Below, piece after piece: positions 23,961-38,200 of a stretch of 64,000 nt of DNA. Location of the stretch: contig NC_087245.1 in the NCBI RefSeq assembly GCF_037042905.1, positions 35,590,001 through 35,654,000 on the forward strand, written 5' to 3'. The stretch is from Lytechinus pictus. Its lineage: Eukaryota. Positions within the stretch are counted from its first letter, which is position 1; every line of letters starts with the position of its first letter. Both the position numbers and the translations under genes were made by a program. Under the pieces are notes generated by a model. It had not been told where the DNA came from. It did not search any database and saw only the letters and a program-made list of their open reading frames with translations.

Positions 23961-25150
23961 AGGCACAAACATCATGCTTGTCAAATGATAATCATCCAAG
24001 AAAACGCCGTCAACATAAATGACAGTTTGAACTTCATTGTGTTCATATTTTCTGAATGCCATCCATATACATGTGTTACAATCCATTAAGTTAAGCGAAG
24101 AAATAGAAAAACGAGAACTTCATTTTAATATTAACAATGAACAGTTAACAATTATTTTGTTATTACAACATAATTTGAGAACATAACTTACATTATTTAC
24201 ATTTGTATCAAAATCTGCTGTTAATACAATATCTTAACCTATCTACATTGAAATGGAATAGAATAAATGATGATAATAATAAAGAATCATCCTTGACTGT
24301 ATAGTGTTTCATGTTATCACCATCTGTACTGCGTATGAATGAAGTTGATTTTAATAAAGAAGTCATCTACTGGTTTCAATATTGTATACTTTTTGCGAGT
24401 CAGAGAGCCGGGCAGATCATGTGAGTTAAAATGAAAAGTATGGACAAAACAGTATGAAAAAGTCAGAGAGTTTTGATGGGGAAAAGTCTAGAATGAGTAG
24501 TGCCTGAGATGTCACTATTATCATGATTATAATCACATGTTGGATTACCAATAATTGTTGTAATAAGAGGCAGAGAGAGTCGGCTTTCACCTTTCCAATA
24601 GGATATCCCAAGTTCAATGACGCGCGTTGGCCGTGCATGGGGTGATCGATTCGTGAACCGCGAGGCGCTTGACATATCTGCTGGTAGGCGGAGAAAGATA
24701 ACTTTTCACTTTTTAACTGTGTAGAGATCATACGTCTGTTTTGTGCATCGTATCCTAAACGTGGCGATGACGATTGCGCCACGGTGGTGCAATACCGGGT
24801 AAAGGGTAATTCCCTGGAATGACATCACGGTTCTTATGTAGCAGGTGACGTCATGCGAGGCGGTTGACATATCCGCCGGTAGGCGGAGAAAGATCGCTTT
24901 TTAAATAGGAAACTGTATAGATGTCTTGTTTTTGTGCATCGTATCGTATACCCGTGCAACGTCGCTGCATCGTGTGATAAGGTCGACCGAATGTCACCCA
25001 TACGCGGCGATGACGCAACGGTGGTGCAATACCGACGGTGCAATAAGGGTAATTCCCTGGGATGACATCACGGTGGTTGCATAACTGTGTCGTAATACCA
25101 TTTCATGGTGACATGGCTGACCGGAAGTCTGGGTCAACCATCGGGTCGTG

Positions 25151-25457
25151 TGGTCAAAGGCTGACCGGGGTAAAGGGCATGGATGACCGGGCTAAAGGTC
25201 AAAGGCTGACCGGACTAAAGGTCACGGCTGACCGGGCTAAAGGTCAAAGGCTGACCGGGCTAAAGGTCATAGCTGACCGGGCTAAAGGTCAAAGGCTGAC
25301 AGGCTAAAGGTCAAAGGCTGACCGGACTAAAGGTCATGGCTGACCGGGCTAAAGGTCAAAGGCTGACCGGGCTAAAGGTCATGGCTGACCAGGTTAAAGG
25401 TCATGGGTCAAAGGTCGTGGCTGACCAGGTTAAAGGTCATGACCGGGTCAAAGGTCA
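25151..25457 (-). repeat. Subterminal 22/23-bp tandem array, right arm
   Basis: Reverse complement of 19014-19320. Confidence 0.95.
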
Positions 25458-27538
25458 ATTAGGATGAGGTCTCACCCATAACTACTAGCGACTGGGTTTT
25501 CTTTTTATGTATAAAACAAAATGTAAGGATATAAATGATAAATGATAAATGATGTAAAATTTGGATCAAATGTGGGGGGGGGGGGCTTATACACACACCC
25601 TTATGCCGTGTGGCCATGGATAAGATGAGAATGAATGATAATGATATTTTTTATGAAAGTAACATATAACTGCCTTGATGGATGACTGACGAAAAGAAGG
25701 CTCATGAATCTGTTGTTCAATGCTCTTGATGTCTACGGCAAAACAGTTTTATAGTCCATGGTCATTATTGCCATAATCATTTTTTTATTGAAAGGGGGAA
25801 AATGTAGATCGAAATATCCGTAATTTTATGGTGTAATAAAATAGCCGAACTTAATCATGCTCCCACTCTCTATTATTCTTAAAAAATTCCCTGACCATTT
25901 TAAAACTTTCTGAATGGGAAAATTTAAGAATCGTTTAGCTAAAGCGAAACGGTCAATGTTGTAAGTGATTATAGAAACTTTGATTTCCTATGGAATTTTT
26001 TCTCTAAAAAAACAACAAAAACACAACAGTTTCCACTGTTTTTTTGTTGTTGGACTTTTGGCAGAATAAAATCAAATCTGCATTTTTCTCCCTTGAGCTC
26101 TTCGGTTGATTATAATCATGTTCATCAGAAGTATGAAGATAGTGTTTTCTCCATTAATATACTGTAGCCATGATAGTTATACCTTCATGCCTGACTTTAC
26201 TCGACCGATTTTCAGATCAAGAAGAGATTAGTGAAATGATAGCGTAAAAATAATGTTGATCGGGACCATTGTCTTCAATCTGATTATCATAATCGCAATC
26301 ATGATTATATCACTTGTAGCATTATTTGCCATGAGGTTCCAAGAGAATGAATTTTTGGTTGGATAAGTCACATTCGATTGCCCACCAGTCTGTGTCTCTT
26401 CTTCGTTGCGCCTATCAGCACATCTGTCATGTTCCTTTTCGCTTGATCAATAGCGCAATACAGTCTTCCGATTCACAAGAAAAGATAGCCATCTCATAAA
26501 AAATGATTTGAATCTCATTTAAAAAAAATGATCCGCTGAATTGAATTTAGATTCCGCCAGGACGATAGTTGTATTTCGCAAAACCAGAGATAATGATGAA
26601 TATTGAAATGAACCTCTTTTTTTGCGCGCGCGCGTACAAAAGTGTTTTGTTACCCCTTTTCAGAGTTTAATTCTTCCATAATTATTGTTCATGACCAGTC
26701 GACTGAGTTGAATCAGTTGATTGACGATATTCTGATTAGATGGATTGGAGGGAGGGGAGGGGGACTAAGGAAAATGGAGCAATACGCTGTTGATTTCTGA
26801 ATATTATGTCAAAATCTATCACGAAATGAGATGTTTGTATAAAAGGTCAGAATTCGAGCCCGTGAACAGATCTCCACATGAAATAAAATGTTCTGCGATT
26901 TCACATTGCGAAGACGTGGTCAGAAGTAATTTTGCATATCCAAGTTTATCAATAATGACGAGAAATTTGATTAACGCAGCGATTCCTCGTGAATATCCTT
27001 TTTTGTATGAAGTTAGCTATAAATGATGCTTGATAATAATAAAAAATATCCAAATGTAAATTCATATTAATTATCCACATGTGATGTCACCCTAATCTAG
27101 CTTTTAACGATAAAGCAAATAAGAAGGGAAAGTATAATGGAGTAAAAAAATGATAAAGTGATAAGAAGAAATCAACATATACTGGGTTAGTAAGAACATT
27201 ATTATTCCCCTCAGATCATGGAGGTTGATAAAATGGGTTTTTTTCTTTTATCTTTACATATACTTAATTTAAACTAGAAAGTAAAAGTCTACACATGTGG
27301 ATGTGAATATGCGGTATCCTGTGTTGGAAGGCGTCGGAGGGCGAGACGGTTTGGAGAAGAATGTGTCTCTGTCCACATCATTAACAAATATCACTGGCAA
27401 TTGCATTAATGAGTGATGTATCTAATAATGATAGTTCATTTGAATCTAGTGGAGTGCATCGATGATCATGTTTGCCTTGACATTATACTGAACACGATGT
27501 CTTTAATAGGCTTAATATCACTCAAGCTTGATACTTAA

Positions 27539-28154
27539 AGGGAAACGAAACCTTTGGAACAAGGTAGCTTGTGTGAAAACAGAAAAATCAAAGAAACGGA
27601 TCAATGAAATTTTGAGAAAAATTGAATAAATAATAAGAAAGTTATGAGCATTTGAAGTCTAGATCATTATTGTAATGTAGATCCTATAGTTGGCAATGCA
27701 ACAAAGATGTGTTATGACCATAGAGATGTAGTATATATATCTATGGTTATGACACATGTGAACAACTTTACCATTACTTTTGTATATATAGACTGCCCTT
27801 TTTATCACTTCTATCAGTAGATCATGTATTCTTTCTATAGGAGGGCATGTAATACAAATTTTCACAGAATAAATTATGGATAAAGAGTTTGTATCACCAT
27901 AAGAAGGAGCAAAAAGAGACAATTTGGGGGTATTTTATATAGTCCATCACAGGGAAAGTTGTTCACATGTGACATCACGCATCTTTGTCGCATTGCCGAT
28001 GGGAGGATATCCATAGCATTTATAGTGATCGCAATAATCATGATAATCAAAAGCTCATAACTTTGTCCGATTTTCTTCAAATTTTCTTTGTTCTTATTCT
28101 TTGATTTTTCTGTTTTCCACACAAGTCCACATGTTCCAAAGGTTTCATTCCCCT
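27539..28154. mobile_element. Kolobok-like MITE, fourth family
   Basis: TTAA|AGGGAAACGAAACCTTTGGAACA...TGTTCCAAAGGTTTCATTCCCCT|TTAA, with extensive internal inverted similarity. Confidence 0.85.
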
Positions 28155-28842
28155 TTAAGCTTTTGCTTTTATATTTCGCAAGATAACATGATTAGACTTA
28201 CAAGCGAACCAAAAGCTGAAAAAAAATCACTCTTTACTTTTGAAATTAGAACATTGCCAAATAGCCAAATTAATTTTGATGTTTTTTTTTTCTTTCATAA
28301 TTGGAGAGGGTCATTTGATGTGTTTTCCAATTTTCCCTTAACCTCCCCCTATCTAATTTAATTCACCATTCAACATGCTCTTCATGAATAGTAAGAGATG
28401 TGATTAATGAGTGTCTCCTTGAAATTTAATTCAATTATATTATGGGATCATTTCTGTCATCAATCAAAGAAAGAAAATAAAAGAGACTTGAAATGTTATG
28501 GGATTTGGGATCTTGCCATGCCCATATACAATCTACTTGGAAAATAGATTGAAAACCTGAATAAAACAGGATAAAAAAAGGGGAAGAACGGTAGACGAGG
28601 GAGGAGAAAAAGGAAAAAGTAGAAGAAGTAGATATGAAGAACGAAGAAGAAGAAGATGAAGGGAAAAAAGGAGAAGCAGAAGATGGAAAATCACATCAAC
28701 AATAACAACAAGGAGATACGAATGATAATAAGACATAAATGAGAAACAAAATAGGAAAGGATTGGTAGCATGGTGCCTTCTCAACTTGAGTCAAACTTGA
28801 AATTGATTAGGGATTTCTTTTGTGTGCACATTGTCCAAAGTT

Positions 28843-29103
28843 GAATTGTTAACAGATTTATAGCAAATAACATTGTTTTCCATAATTCAACTCAGATTAT
28901 GATCATAACTGTAATATATTGTTTTAAAAAGTATTAAAGGGGGGGGGGTGCGTAACCATCGGAGCTCCATGAATTGTTAACAGATTTATAGCAAATAATA
29001 TTGTTTTCCATAATTCAACTCAGATTGTGATCATAACTGTAATTGTTTTAAAAAGTATTAAAGGGGGGGGGGGGGGTGCGTAACCATGGGAGCTCCATGA
29101 ATT
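28843..29103. repeat. Tandem duplication, ~128-bp period
   Basis: GAATTGTTAACAGATTTATAGCAAATAA...GAGCTCCATGAATT occurs twice. Confidence 0.9.
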
Positions 29104-30105
29104 AGCGTCTAAATCTTAGGCTTGATCGTGTGATCATTTATCATTTAAACCATCTTCGGTCGCTGTTTAAGTAGGGCAGGTTTGCTTTAATTGTGGGAAA
29201 TTCATTTTGACTTAAGGGTCACTTCAAATAGTCCAGCGAAAATTGGATGACACCAAGATGACCTTGAAACTAGTAATCATTGACCATCTGCAACGAGGAA
29301 GGTCAAGTTTTGACCCATCTCAAAATCTCAGCCTCATCCACTCTTCATCACCATGCCGTTGGAATTCGCCCCTTTCTTTCAATCACGCATGTTATTATCA
29401 TGAAGACAATTTAATCCGACATCATGCACAACTTATCGCGTCAGTGAAAACCAAAATTAATAGTTAAGACTTGTACAGCAGAATCTTTCGGAACAAAAAG
29501 TGATTTCCTTAAAATCACCATCATAACAATGAGGACCATGCATTATGTCACGATCAATAGAGGAAAGAGGTCAGTATATAAATGACACTCTAGTTTCTCA
29601 TTATATGACAACCTTGTTTGGATTCCGAACACTCAAAACGTCACTATCCAACAAAGTCATCATACACCCAAACAAAACCTAAAGACCTTATATACATGCG
29701 AACAATAAAGAGAAAGTTTGCAAAAACCGGGTTACGGTATAATGTACTGTAGACATGGTAGATCAGGGTAGATATAATTTGAATTCTGACTGCCAATCAA
29801 CGATTTGGTTCGCTAATTTACCAGAAGAACTAGTATACGCGTCGAATTAAGGCTCTCTTTGATATTAGATCAAATAAAAGATAGGTATTCTTGACGTTTT
29901 CAAAGAAAAGACTAACAATAGAAAGAAAACTACAACAAACAAACAAACAAACAGATGAAGAAAAGTGAAAGAAAGTTGTGGTATACAATTTGACAAGATA
30001 AAGTCCTATATGTTACGTAATGTTGACAGGTCAAAAGTTATTTAAAAAAACCTAATAGCTTGCATTGAAAATTGGAGGGGATTATGTAAAAGTAAAATTC
30101 ACCTG

Positions 30106-30398
30106 GGCTCCGTAACACAAAGGTTTACAATCAATCGCTAAATACCAATGACCAATCAAGATCATCGTTGCATGCGCACTCTGTTTGAAATACTGACTGG
30201 GAGCCAATGAGTGCGGTTCTTTCATATTTGCAAACCATCGCAAACCTTTGTGTTACGGAGCCCAGGGTCCCGTAACACAATGGTTAGCGATTAATCGTAC
30301 GCTTGATTTTTACGATTGATTGTACATTGTAGTCAATGGAATCAATCGTATAAAAATGTCCTATATACGATCATTGCTTAGCTTTATGTTACGGGCCC
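30106..30398. mobile_element. Two abutting Harbinger-like MITEs (30106-30262 and 30266-30398) separated by CAG
   Basis: CTG|GGCTCCGTAACACAAAGG...CCTTTGTGTTACGGAGCC|CAG|GGTCCCGTAACACAA...TGTTACGGGCCC|CAG. Confidence 0.75.
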
Positions 30399-33300
30399 CA
30401 GGTCTACTTACAGATCATGGTAACTAGGGTTAGGGCTAAAGAAACTTGGTCCATCAATGTCATAATTTTTCCTCTCAGTCCAACCATCACCGTCTTGGCC
30501 TAATACTTGGCCTAACTATCATTTAGTCTAATGCCTTCGTCTACTTCGCACTTCATCAAATGGAAATTAGGTTTATAAACAATTCATCCAAATCATCTTG
30601 GCCACTTTAGTGTTAAGCAAACTGGGTATTAGATGAAATGGATGTAACCTAACTGGAAATGAGACCATATGGTCAGTTTACGATCTAGTGGGCGTTTCAT
30701 GAAAGTTGTCAGCACTGACTAAATTGTCAGTGCTGACAATTTCAGTGAAATCATTGGTTTTTGATTGGCTGAAAGGCACTGGCCTCTGACTGTTACTATG
30801 GTAACTGTCGGAGAAAGACAAACACCAGTTTGGAATCAAACTGATGCTGTTTTAATACTAATTGGTGTTGTATAAACACCTATATATCTGGTGTTAGACC
30901 AAAACGAAACTGGTGTTGTTTAACACTTCTCCGGGCTGGTGTTAAATCAACACCAGAGTTTTTGCAGTGTATTTACTGGTTTCTTGATTCCTCCGTACAT
31001 CGCAGAGTGAAAAATCCCAATTGTAGGGAACAGAGGGTGCTTACCTCGTGACAAGAAGTGTGTGACTTTTGTAATCAAGACGCGTGGATCTTATGATTAT
31101 GGATTCCTTTGATGAAAAACAAGATTTTTATGATTTCCTGACGTAGGAAATCCGTAGAAGTGGAGATATGATAGAGTGGCGTTTGGTGCATTGTTAGGTA
31201 CAATGAGCTTCCGTTATATCATAAACATGAAAATCCCTCTTTTAATCCGGCTATAGTCTTCCAAGGAAAAATTATTTCCAAACTGTTTGGTAAAACGCTT
31301 TCAAGAACGAACAGTTACCGAACAGCGGAGTTATTTCAAGGATTTGCATAGATCATCCAGCGTATCAGGAAGATATACTGAAAACGAATATATTATTGTT
31401 AAATGTGCTCAAATATTCACGGACTTAGTTTCTTGATTTTTGTTAATGGTATAACGAGGTTTCTTAAGGTTTTAAATAATTGATTACTCGATATGTAAGG
31501 AAAGATTAAATTAATTATGTAGACCGAATGGATGTGGATGGTACTCATACAGATTATTTGAGGTAAGTCTCACTCGCTCTAAAAAAATAGTAATAATAAT
31601 AATTGGGATAGAGGGCACATCGACCGGTGCCTAAGAATAGGAAGACAAATCAAAATGTCAAAAATCTTTCATTATTATTAGTATCATGAGCACCCAATGT
31701 CTCTTGTAGAACTATGACTAGAGCATACTCATAGAAAAGCAGGCAGAGACAAGTTATAAATTACATATTTTTTTAGTGTAAATCATTGAATATTATATAT
31801 TCTTTTATTTTTGTCCTTGCACTTTGACTTTCATGATCAAATCAGGCGAATAGCCTGGTCAGCTGTGTATCTCTATCCAAAATAAATCCATATAGATTTA
31901 AAATTTCTATCCAAAATTTATAAATCCTTCATAAACCTCACATGGGTTTAGATATTATTTGTCTTCGAGTTATTTTTATTCTAGTTGATTTTTTTTATTT
32001 TGATTTCTGTTTGATTCATTTTTATTCGTGTATTCCTTCTAATTAAAATCACGATTAATAAAAGTATGCGAATGTCATAATACAAACCCAACCCCCTGTC
32101 CAAAGTACTCACAAGCTAGAGGCGGTGCTGCGGGGAAGGGGGTAGGGGGGGGGGTAGGGGTCGACAACTCCTCATATGATTGTTTAGGTAGAGTAGAGGG
32201 GTAGAAACAAAGAGAGCCGAACACGAGAGAGAGAGAGAGACAGGGGGGGGGGGGGTGAAGACAAGAAGAATAGGAAAAAGAGGGCTACCAACCATGAGAA
32301 ATGTTGGGCCTGCCAATACCTGTATCGTTCAATTAAGAATGAAATGGCGTATCATAGGTCGCCTTGCTCTCATGGCCCCGCCCGCCCTTATTGCAAAAAA
32401 CGCCAGAGGGTAAATTGTAAATGGATCCGCCTTTACATGCTTGATGTACTGTTGACTTGTACTCTCTGTCTTGGACCCTGCCTGCCATGGCGCCAGTCCA
32501 TGCACGGGGTCAGGGTGATAGCCCCAATGGCTTTTCAAGTGGTGGGGAGAAATGAAAGGGGGAAAGGAAAATTAGAGGACTAGAATGAAAGTTTTTCTCT
32601 ATACCCCTTTGATTTAATTGAAAAAAAATTGATGCCCCCATCAAATATGCGTGACGCCGCCCTTGGACTTTGCTCAAACCGAACCCGTACCAACATCTAT
32701 CAAACCAGGTACCATTTAAAAAAAAAACATATACAGCCCCTGTATGGCCATTGCTTTCAAAAGAATAAAGATACTTCGCAGAATTATTTGCAAATGTCCT
32801 TTAGAAAAGGTAAAAGACGGATTTTCCCGAATTCGACGATAACTATAATGAAATTAGTCCGTGTAGAGCGCAACCGAACTAGAGCAACAATACTCGAGTA
32901 ATTCTATACAGGTAAGTGGGATCTGTGCCAAACCTTCCGACTGTTACAACAGTCCCATGTCTTGCAAGTGTATTTTTGTATCATCTTTATGTATGGTTGC
33001 TCTGTTCGACCTACTTCCATACATTAATTTAAAAGAGAGGTCTATATATTTTGAGTACCTTTCGACTATTATGACTATTCGAAATGTGTCTGACTGTAAT
33101 AGTATTCAAGGTGTGCTTAAGCCCCATTCAATCATCTACATTCCAGAGAGCATCGCTTTTGTATAACTCAACCTGGAGATCTAGGCTAATTGAGCCCCTT
33201 TCGGTATGCGCAAACATGAAGAATTCTCAAAAAGTCACAATTGCTTACAGTTTTGTACACAAAAATATACCTTAGAATTGAATCTACGGATTTGTCATCG

Positions 33301-34679
33301 TTTCGTCTATATATTTTCACATCACTATTATGATTGGCGCAAACTGGAATACTGATGCTTGATGGGCAATTCATCAATTCTCAATGAATGAAACAATTGT
33401 TTTCATTTATAGATGCACATAGACTGAAAACACATGTACAGATAACTAATTTAATATCCCATTTACCTATGTTATGCGGTTATGTTTCTGAATTTATACT
33501 CATCGTTAACATCAAAAGATGAAAATATTTCCTGACACCAAAATATTAATAATATTTTGGTGTCAGGAAATATTATTATGATTATATATAAAGGGAACGA
33601 TTAAACTAAAAACAAATTAATATTGAATAATTACTATTATATTTCCATGGAAGCGTGCGAGTGGTTTTACTCTCCTTGTTATGAGAAGTTTAATGTTCGA
33701 ATCCTATACCATGGCGCGGTCATCCACATTTTGCCAAACTCCACAGCTTCATCAGCCTCGTATGACTAGTAATAAGAGCAGTAATTGAATTTGAAAACTC
33801 TGGTTAAAATTTTCCCAAGGGAGTGAAGATTGTTTGCAGATTTTTTTTACGCGGGCAAAGAAGAATCCTATCACCGAGGTAATAATAATAATATACTGCC
33901 ATCTAAACTATATCATTTATACTAATAGATAATAAATATAATAAATAACGCGATTCTCTTCATATCGTTTAAAAAACAATCGTACAGCTATTCAATGTGT
34001 GCGATTTTCCCCCTTTCTTTATTTTCTTTTATATATTCGGCTTCATTTGAATGAAATATAAATCTTTTTCGTTGGAAATTTGGTCTCTGTAACTTGATTC
34101 CTCATGTTCTTCTACAATCAGCAGGTTTATATATAGTTTATCATGAAATATGATAAACCCTATAATACCATCATAATAATTAAGCATAACGTATCAAGAT
34201 GGTTTTTGTTTTCCCATCGAAGTTGATTATTTTGTTGATAATAATCAGCAACCTTTAGACATAATCATTGATTATCTCTTCCAGTAAACATTTCTAGCAT
34301 CGAAGGACGTACAATTGACGGCGACTTTGGACAAATATAAGTGTGTAATTAATATGATTAATTATACCCTTCTCGGAGCAATGTCTTGATAGCAATGTTG
34401 GTTTTTTTCGTCTACAGGTTGGCCAATCTGTTTCGTTTGTCAAGTTTCTGCATCGAGAAGATAAGATGGATAGTATGAGCTGAACCCCATCTTTCTCGAA
34501 ACTAGGAATCTGACATGACTGTGGCTCGTCACAATCAGAGGGAAGAATCAAGCCAGTCAATGTGAGTTTTACGATAGTTGAATGTTTAGATTAAAATTGG
34601 TGAAAGCTTTGATTTATCGGGGTATGTGCTAACCCCAAGCTTACGCAATGCAGGGCCGCATAATAGCTCCATGATTTAA

Positions 34680-35786
34680 GGCCCGGTCCCACTGCACTTA
34701 CGGATGCAGAGCGGATGTAAAAATCTTGCCATCCGTTGGAAAAAGCTATGCATCCGTTGTGTACTCATTACATACGTATTAAGGCGACCGCACACCTTGC
34801 GATTGGTCTGCGACCCGATTTCAAAATAAAATGTAGTAGAATTTGATGCTAATATGGAGACTCGGAATATCTTACTGAGTAATGTTCTAAATCATCGTAC
34901 GAATGCCTATGTTCAAATCTGTGACTATGCTATCATCATTATTAAAATAAAAGCGAATTTAACATCTAGTCGTAATGACGTCATAGCAGTCTTAGATTGG
35001 CTACGATTTGAAAATTATTTGGCCTTTACTCCAAAATAAAGGCTTGCAATCTTTCAAAATGGTTATATTAGTATTCTTTCAATTAATTTTAACCTCAAAT
35101 AAAATGATATGTTCCATTCACATTTTCAGAAAATGAGCAAAATGCGATTTGTTCCAAAATCGGATCGCGAACATTCGTAAGGTGTGCGGTGGCCTTTACA
35201 CACGCTCTATCCATCGAGCATCCGTCCACTGTGATTTCATCCGCGCATAAAGTTTTGAGCTAGGTCCTACACAAAACTTTTAGAAAGGATAAACTTTCCG
35301 CCGGTACGATATAATGTAAATTCGCAACATATAGGATAAACAAACGTTCCATGTCCGTTATCCGTTAAATGTCCGCTGTATCCTCTCTACATCATCTGGG
35401 CATCCTTGCAACTCAGATCCACTGAAGCTGAACAATGGAAAGAGGGAGGAAAGATAAGGTACATGGAACGTACTTTCATCGTTAGTAGCACGGATATAGA
35501 AAGGATGTAAGCGTATGCATCTCGTAAATAAATATTCAACCCCCGGTAACCCCTTCTGAGCTGATCCACTTCCATCCATTTTCATTCGCAAGGTTTCCGA
35601 TGAACAACCGTTTAACATCCGCGCTACATACTACCCACGTCCGTTCTTTTCCGTTATGTTTTTCGCAACTTTTTCGCCAATTATTTTGTCCATTTCTGGA
35701 GCGGATGAAAACGGATGGGGCCACCCGCGAAATGTTGCTCGTCAGCTGTGTCCTTTATGAATACGTTTTGTATCCGTCGGCCAGTG
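34680..35786. mobile_element. Harbinger-like MITE remnant with a nested MITE at 34782-35195
   Basis: Outer left end GGCCCGGTCCCACTG, with many ACGGAT/ATCCGT motifs. Inner element TTA|AGGCGACCGCACACCTT...AAGGTGTGCGGTGGCCT|TTA. Confidence 0.7.
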
Positions 35787-36689
35787 TTTCTCGTTTCAAA
35801 ATCATGATGTACGTAGTTTCATTTGTTTTTTTAAGTTGTATTTTATTGAATTCATTAAACAAAAATAGACAATATCATTATTTTTTAAGTAATACAATAC
35901 AAATAACACATATGTAATTGTTTAAATATTAATTTGATTATGCTTTAACCTAAATTGAAAGGTGTATATAGGCCTATAAACGTTGATTTCTCTTCGGTGT
36001 AACTGTCTCTTATACACTCTCAGAAATGTTTTAATCAACCTACCAGGTTGGTTAAATTGGGAAGTCCACTCCAACAGGAAGTTAATTTGAATAAAAAGGG
36101 GAAATTAAACAAACATAGCACTGAAAGTTTCATCAAAATCGGATGTGAAATAAGACAGTTATGACATTTAAACTTTCACTTAATTTTACAAAACAGATAT
36201 ACATCCTGGTCGGTATGCAAATGGAGGGACCGATGACATGATCCACTCACTATGTATTATTTTGATTTTCTCCTCATTGTGATGTGAAACAAATATTCAT
36301 TCCTTCCTGAAAATGACTGGAAATACGTTTTTTTTCTTGGAGTGTCAAGATATCATGAAGTTTGTAACGCTTATCTTACATTCCCTCCTTCTACAGACGT
36401 TAGCAGAAAATTTACACATTGGACAGAGATAGGTGTTTATCAACATAGAGAAGCCTCTATATCCGATACGCCTGTTCGGTTCCGGGTTTACAGAAGCGTC
36501 TATGTCAAATATCCGACACGTCTGTTCGGTTCCGGATGTAGATTGGCAAATCGTTGGGCTAGTACCTCAGTGACACTCATCGAGACGAATGTAAAAAGAC
36601 ACAGAAAACATACAGTTTTAAAGTGCAGTACTATATAAGGTATGTGTAATGGTACTTTATGAAAATTCCGTGAAGGGCAATTGTGTTAA

Positions 36690-37222
36690 AGGGGGACGCT
36701 ACGCTGAAATAATCATATCTTAATAAATGCAATAAAATTCACCGAGCAACATGCTGAAAATTTCATCAAATTCTGATAAAGAATAGAGAACTTTGAATCT
36801 TGAAGTTTAGCAAAATTTTCAAAAAGAACTTATATGCACGTCGTCATGAATATTCATTAGGTAAAGTCATGATGTCATGTCCCCGCTTTCTCTTTTATGT
36901 TATTACATGAAATCATAATATTTCATGTTTTCATACATGTGTGTATGATATGTTTTCCATTATAAGTTGCAGCAATTTATATTTAATGGATTAAATCAGT
37001 TGTCAATCTAATTTTTATAATTGTTGGAGGACAAAATATAAATAAACATATTATGACATCATCAATTTGCTCATTGAATTTGTTTCATGGAAATAATACC
37101 AATCATTAAAATGAATAACTCTGTGATTCCTTGTCCGATTTTAATCAAATTTTCAGTGTTTTCTTAATGTTTGATCTTTCTGAATCTGTACAAATCATAC
37201 TATTTTTAGCCTGGCGTGCCCC
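36690..37222. mobile_element. Kolobok-like MITE, third family
   Basis: TTAA|AGGGGGACGC...GCGTGCCCC|TTAA; collinear with 14077-14638. Confidence 0.7.
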
Positions 37223-38200
37223 TTAAAACACTTTTTTTTTAAAAAGAAAATGAAGCTACCATTTAGCATATTGTTTTTTTTAATGTGTATTCGTTTGTTC
37301 GTTATTTTATTCTTAGGAATACAATAATTTGTAGCCAAACATTATTTGTTATTTTGTCCAACCAATGATGCACATTTTGATAAGGCGTTTTGATCAATAA
37401 ATATTAGCAAGAACATGGAGTATTGATTTTCAAGCATCGCTCTAAGGTTTGTCAGATTAAAGTGCAATTTTTAAATTGATTTTACTCAAGGCGAACTAGA
37501 ATGAGATGTTGTCATCTTGTGATGATTAGGTAATATTCTTGAGGGTTTCTTAGAAGATACACCACTAGGTTACTAGTATATAGATTACACAGGGTAATTA
37601 TTCCTTGGAAAATTAGTGGTTTTGGAAAGAACCTTCTCGTCTCGATTTATAAGTATAGAAAGATGATAATGTACTAAAACATGGCCGCACGCAGAACTTT
37701 TTTTGCTTGGGGGCAGCACGTGTATTATGGGGTTTTTTGGGGGAAAAAGCGACGGAGCGAAGCGACCGAGCTTGTTATTGGCGCGTTTGCATTATGTATA
37801 GTGAAATTGAAGGATTTCGTGCATTCTGTTGTCAATATTAAAACAATTTTCAGTAAAGAAAAGGTTTAAATATTTCGGGGCTGCGTACGGCCATGTCTCG
37901 AAACAAAGAAGATACCAGGAAGATTCTCATTGTGTACCTATACTGCACTCACTTCAGCCAAGTAAGATTATGTGCCAGGCGTGAATTTATTGCCTCAGTG
38001 AACGCAGACCATGTCTCAAGACTGGACAGAAATGCTAGTCCATTTTTCTATAGAATCCTGGGTCTTGAATCATTTATCATTTATGGCAAAGATATTGTAT
38101 CAATTAAATTTACTCAAATTAATGTCATTGTATACTCGTATAGTTTTCTTCTATTTTTTAACATGGCCATGGTGAATTAGTTGTAAACTGACACTCCATA

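Larger units (their letters stand above)
18985..25486. mobile_element. Non-autonomous, fully palindromic Polinton/Maverick-like element
   Basis: Ends are AGTAGTTATGGGTGAGACC... and ...GGTCTCACCCATAACTACT. Perfect 6-bp TSD AGCGAC at 18979-18984 and 25487-25492. Arms 18985-22706 and 22787-25486 are near-identical reverse complements. Confidence 0.88.

Noticed and set aside
18985..25486. Assembly or fold-back read artefact
   Set aside because: Distinct flanks with an exact 6-bp TSD, an arm-specific nested insertion, a 16-bp indel, substitutions and an asymmetric centre argue for a real structure. Read-level confirmation is still needed.
31026..32911. Possible 5' UTR exons of the SDR gene (strong AG|GTAAGT donors at ~31562 and ~32911)
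   Set aside because: The acceptor before the ATG implies an upstream exon, but it cannot be placed without transcript data.
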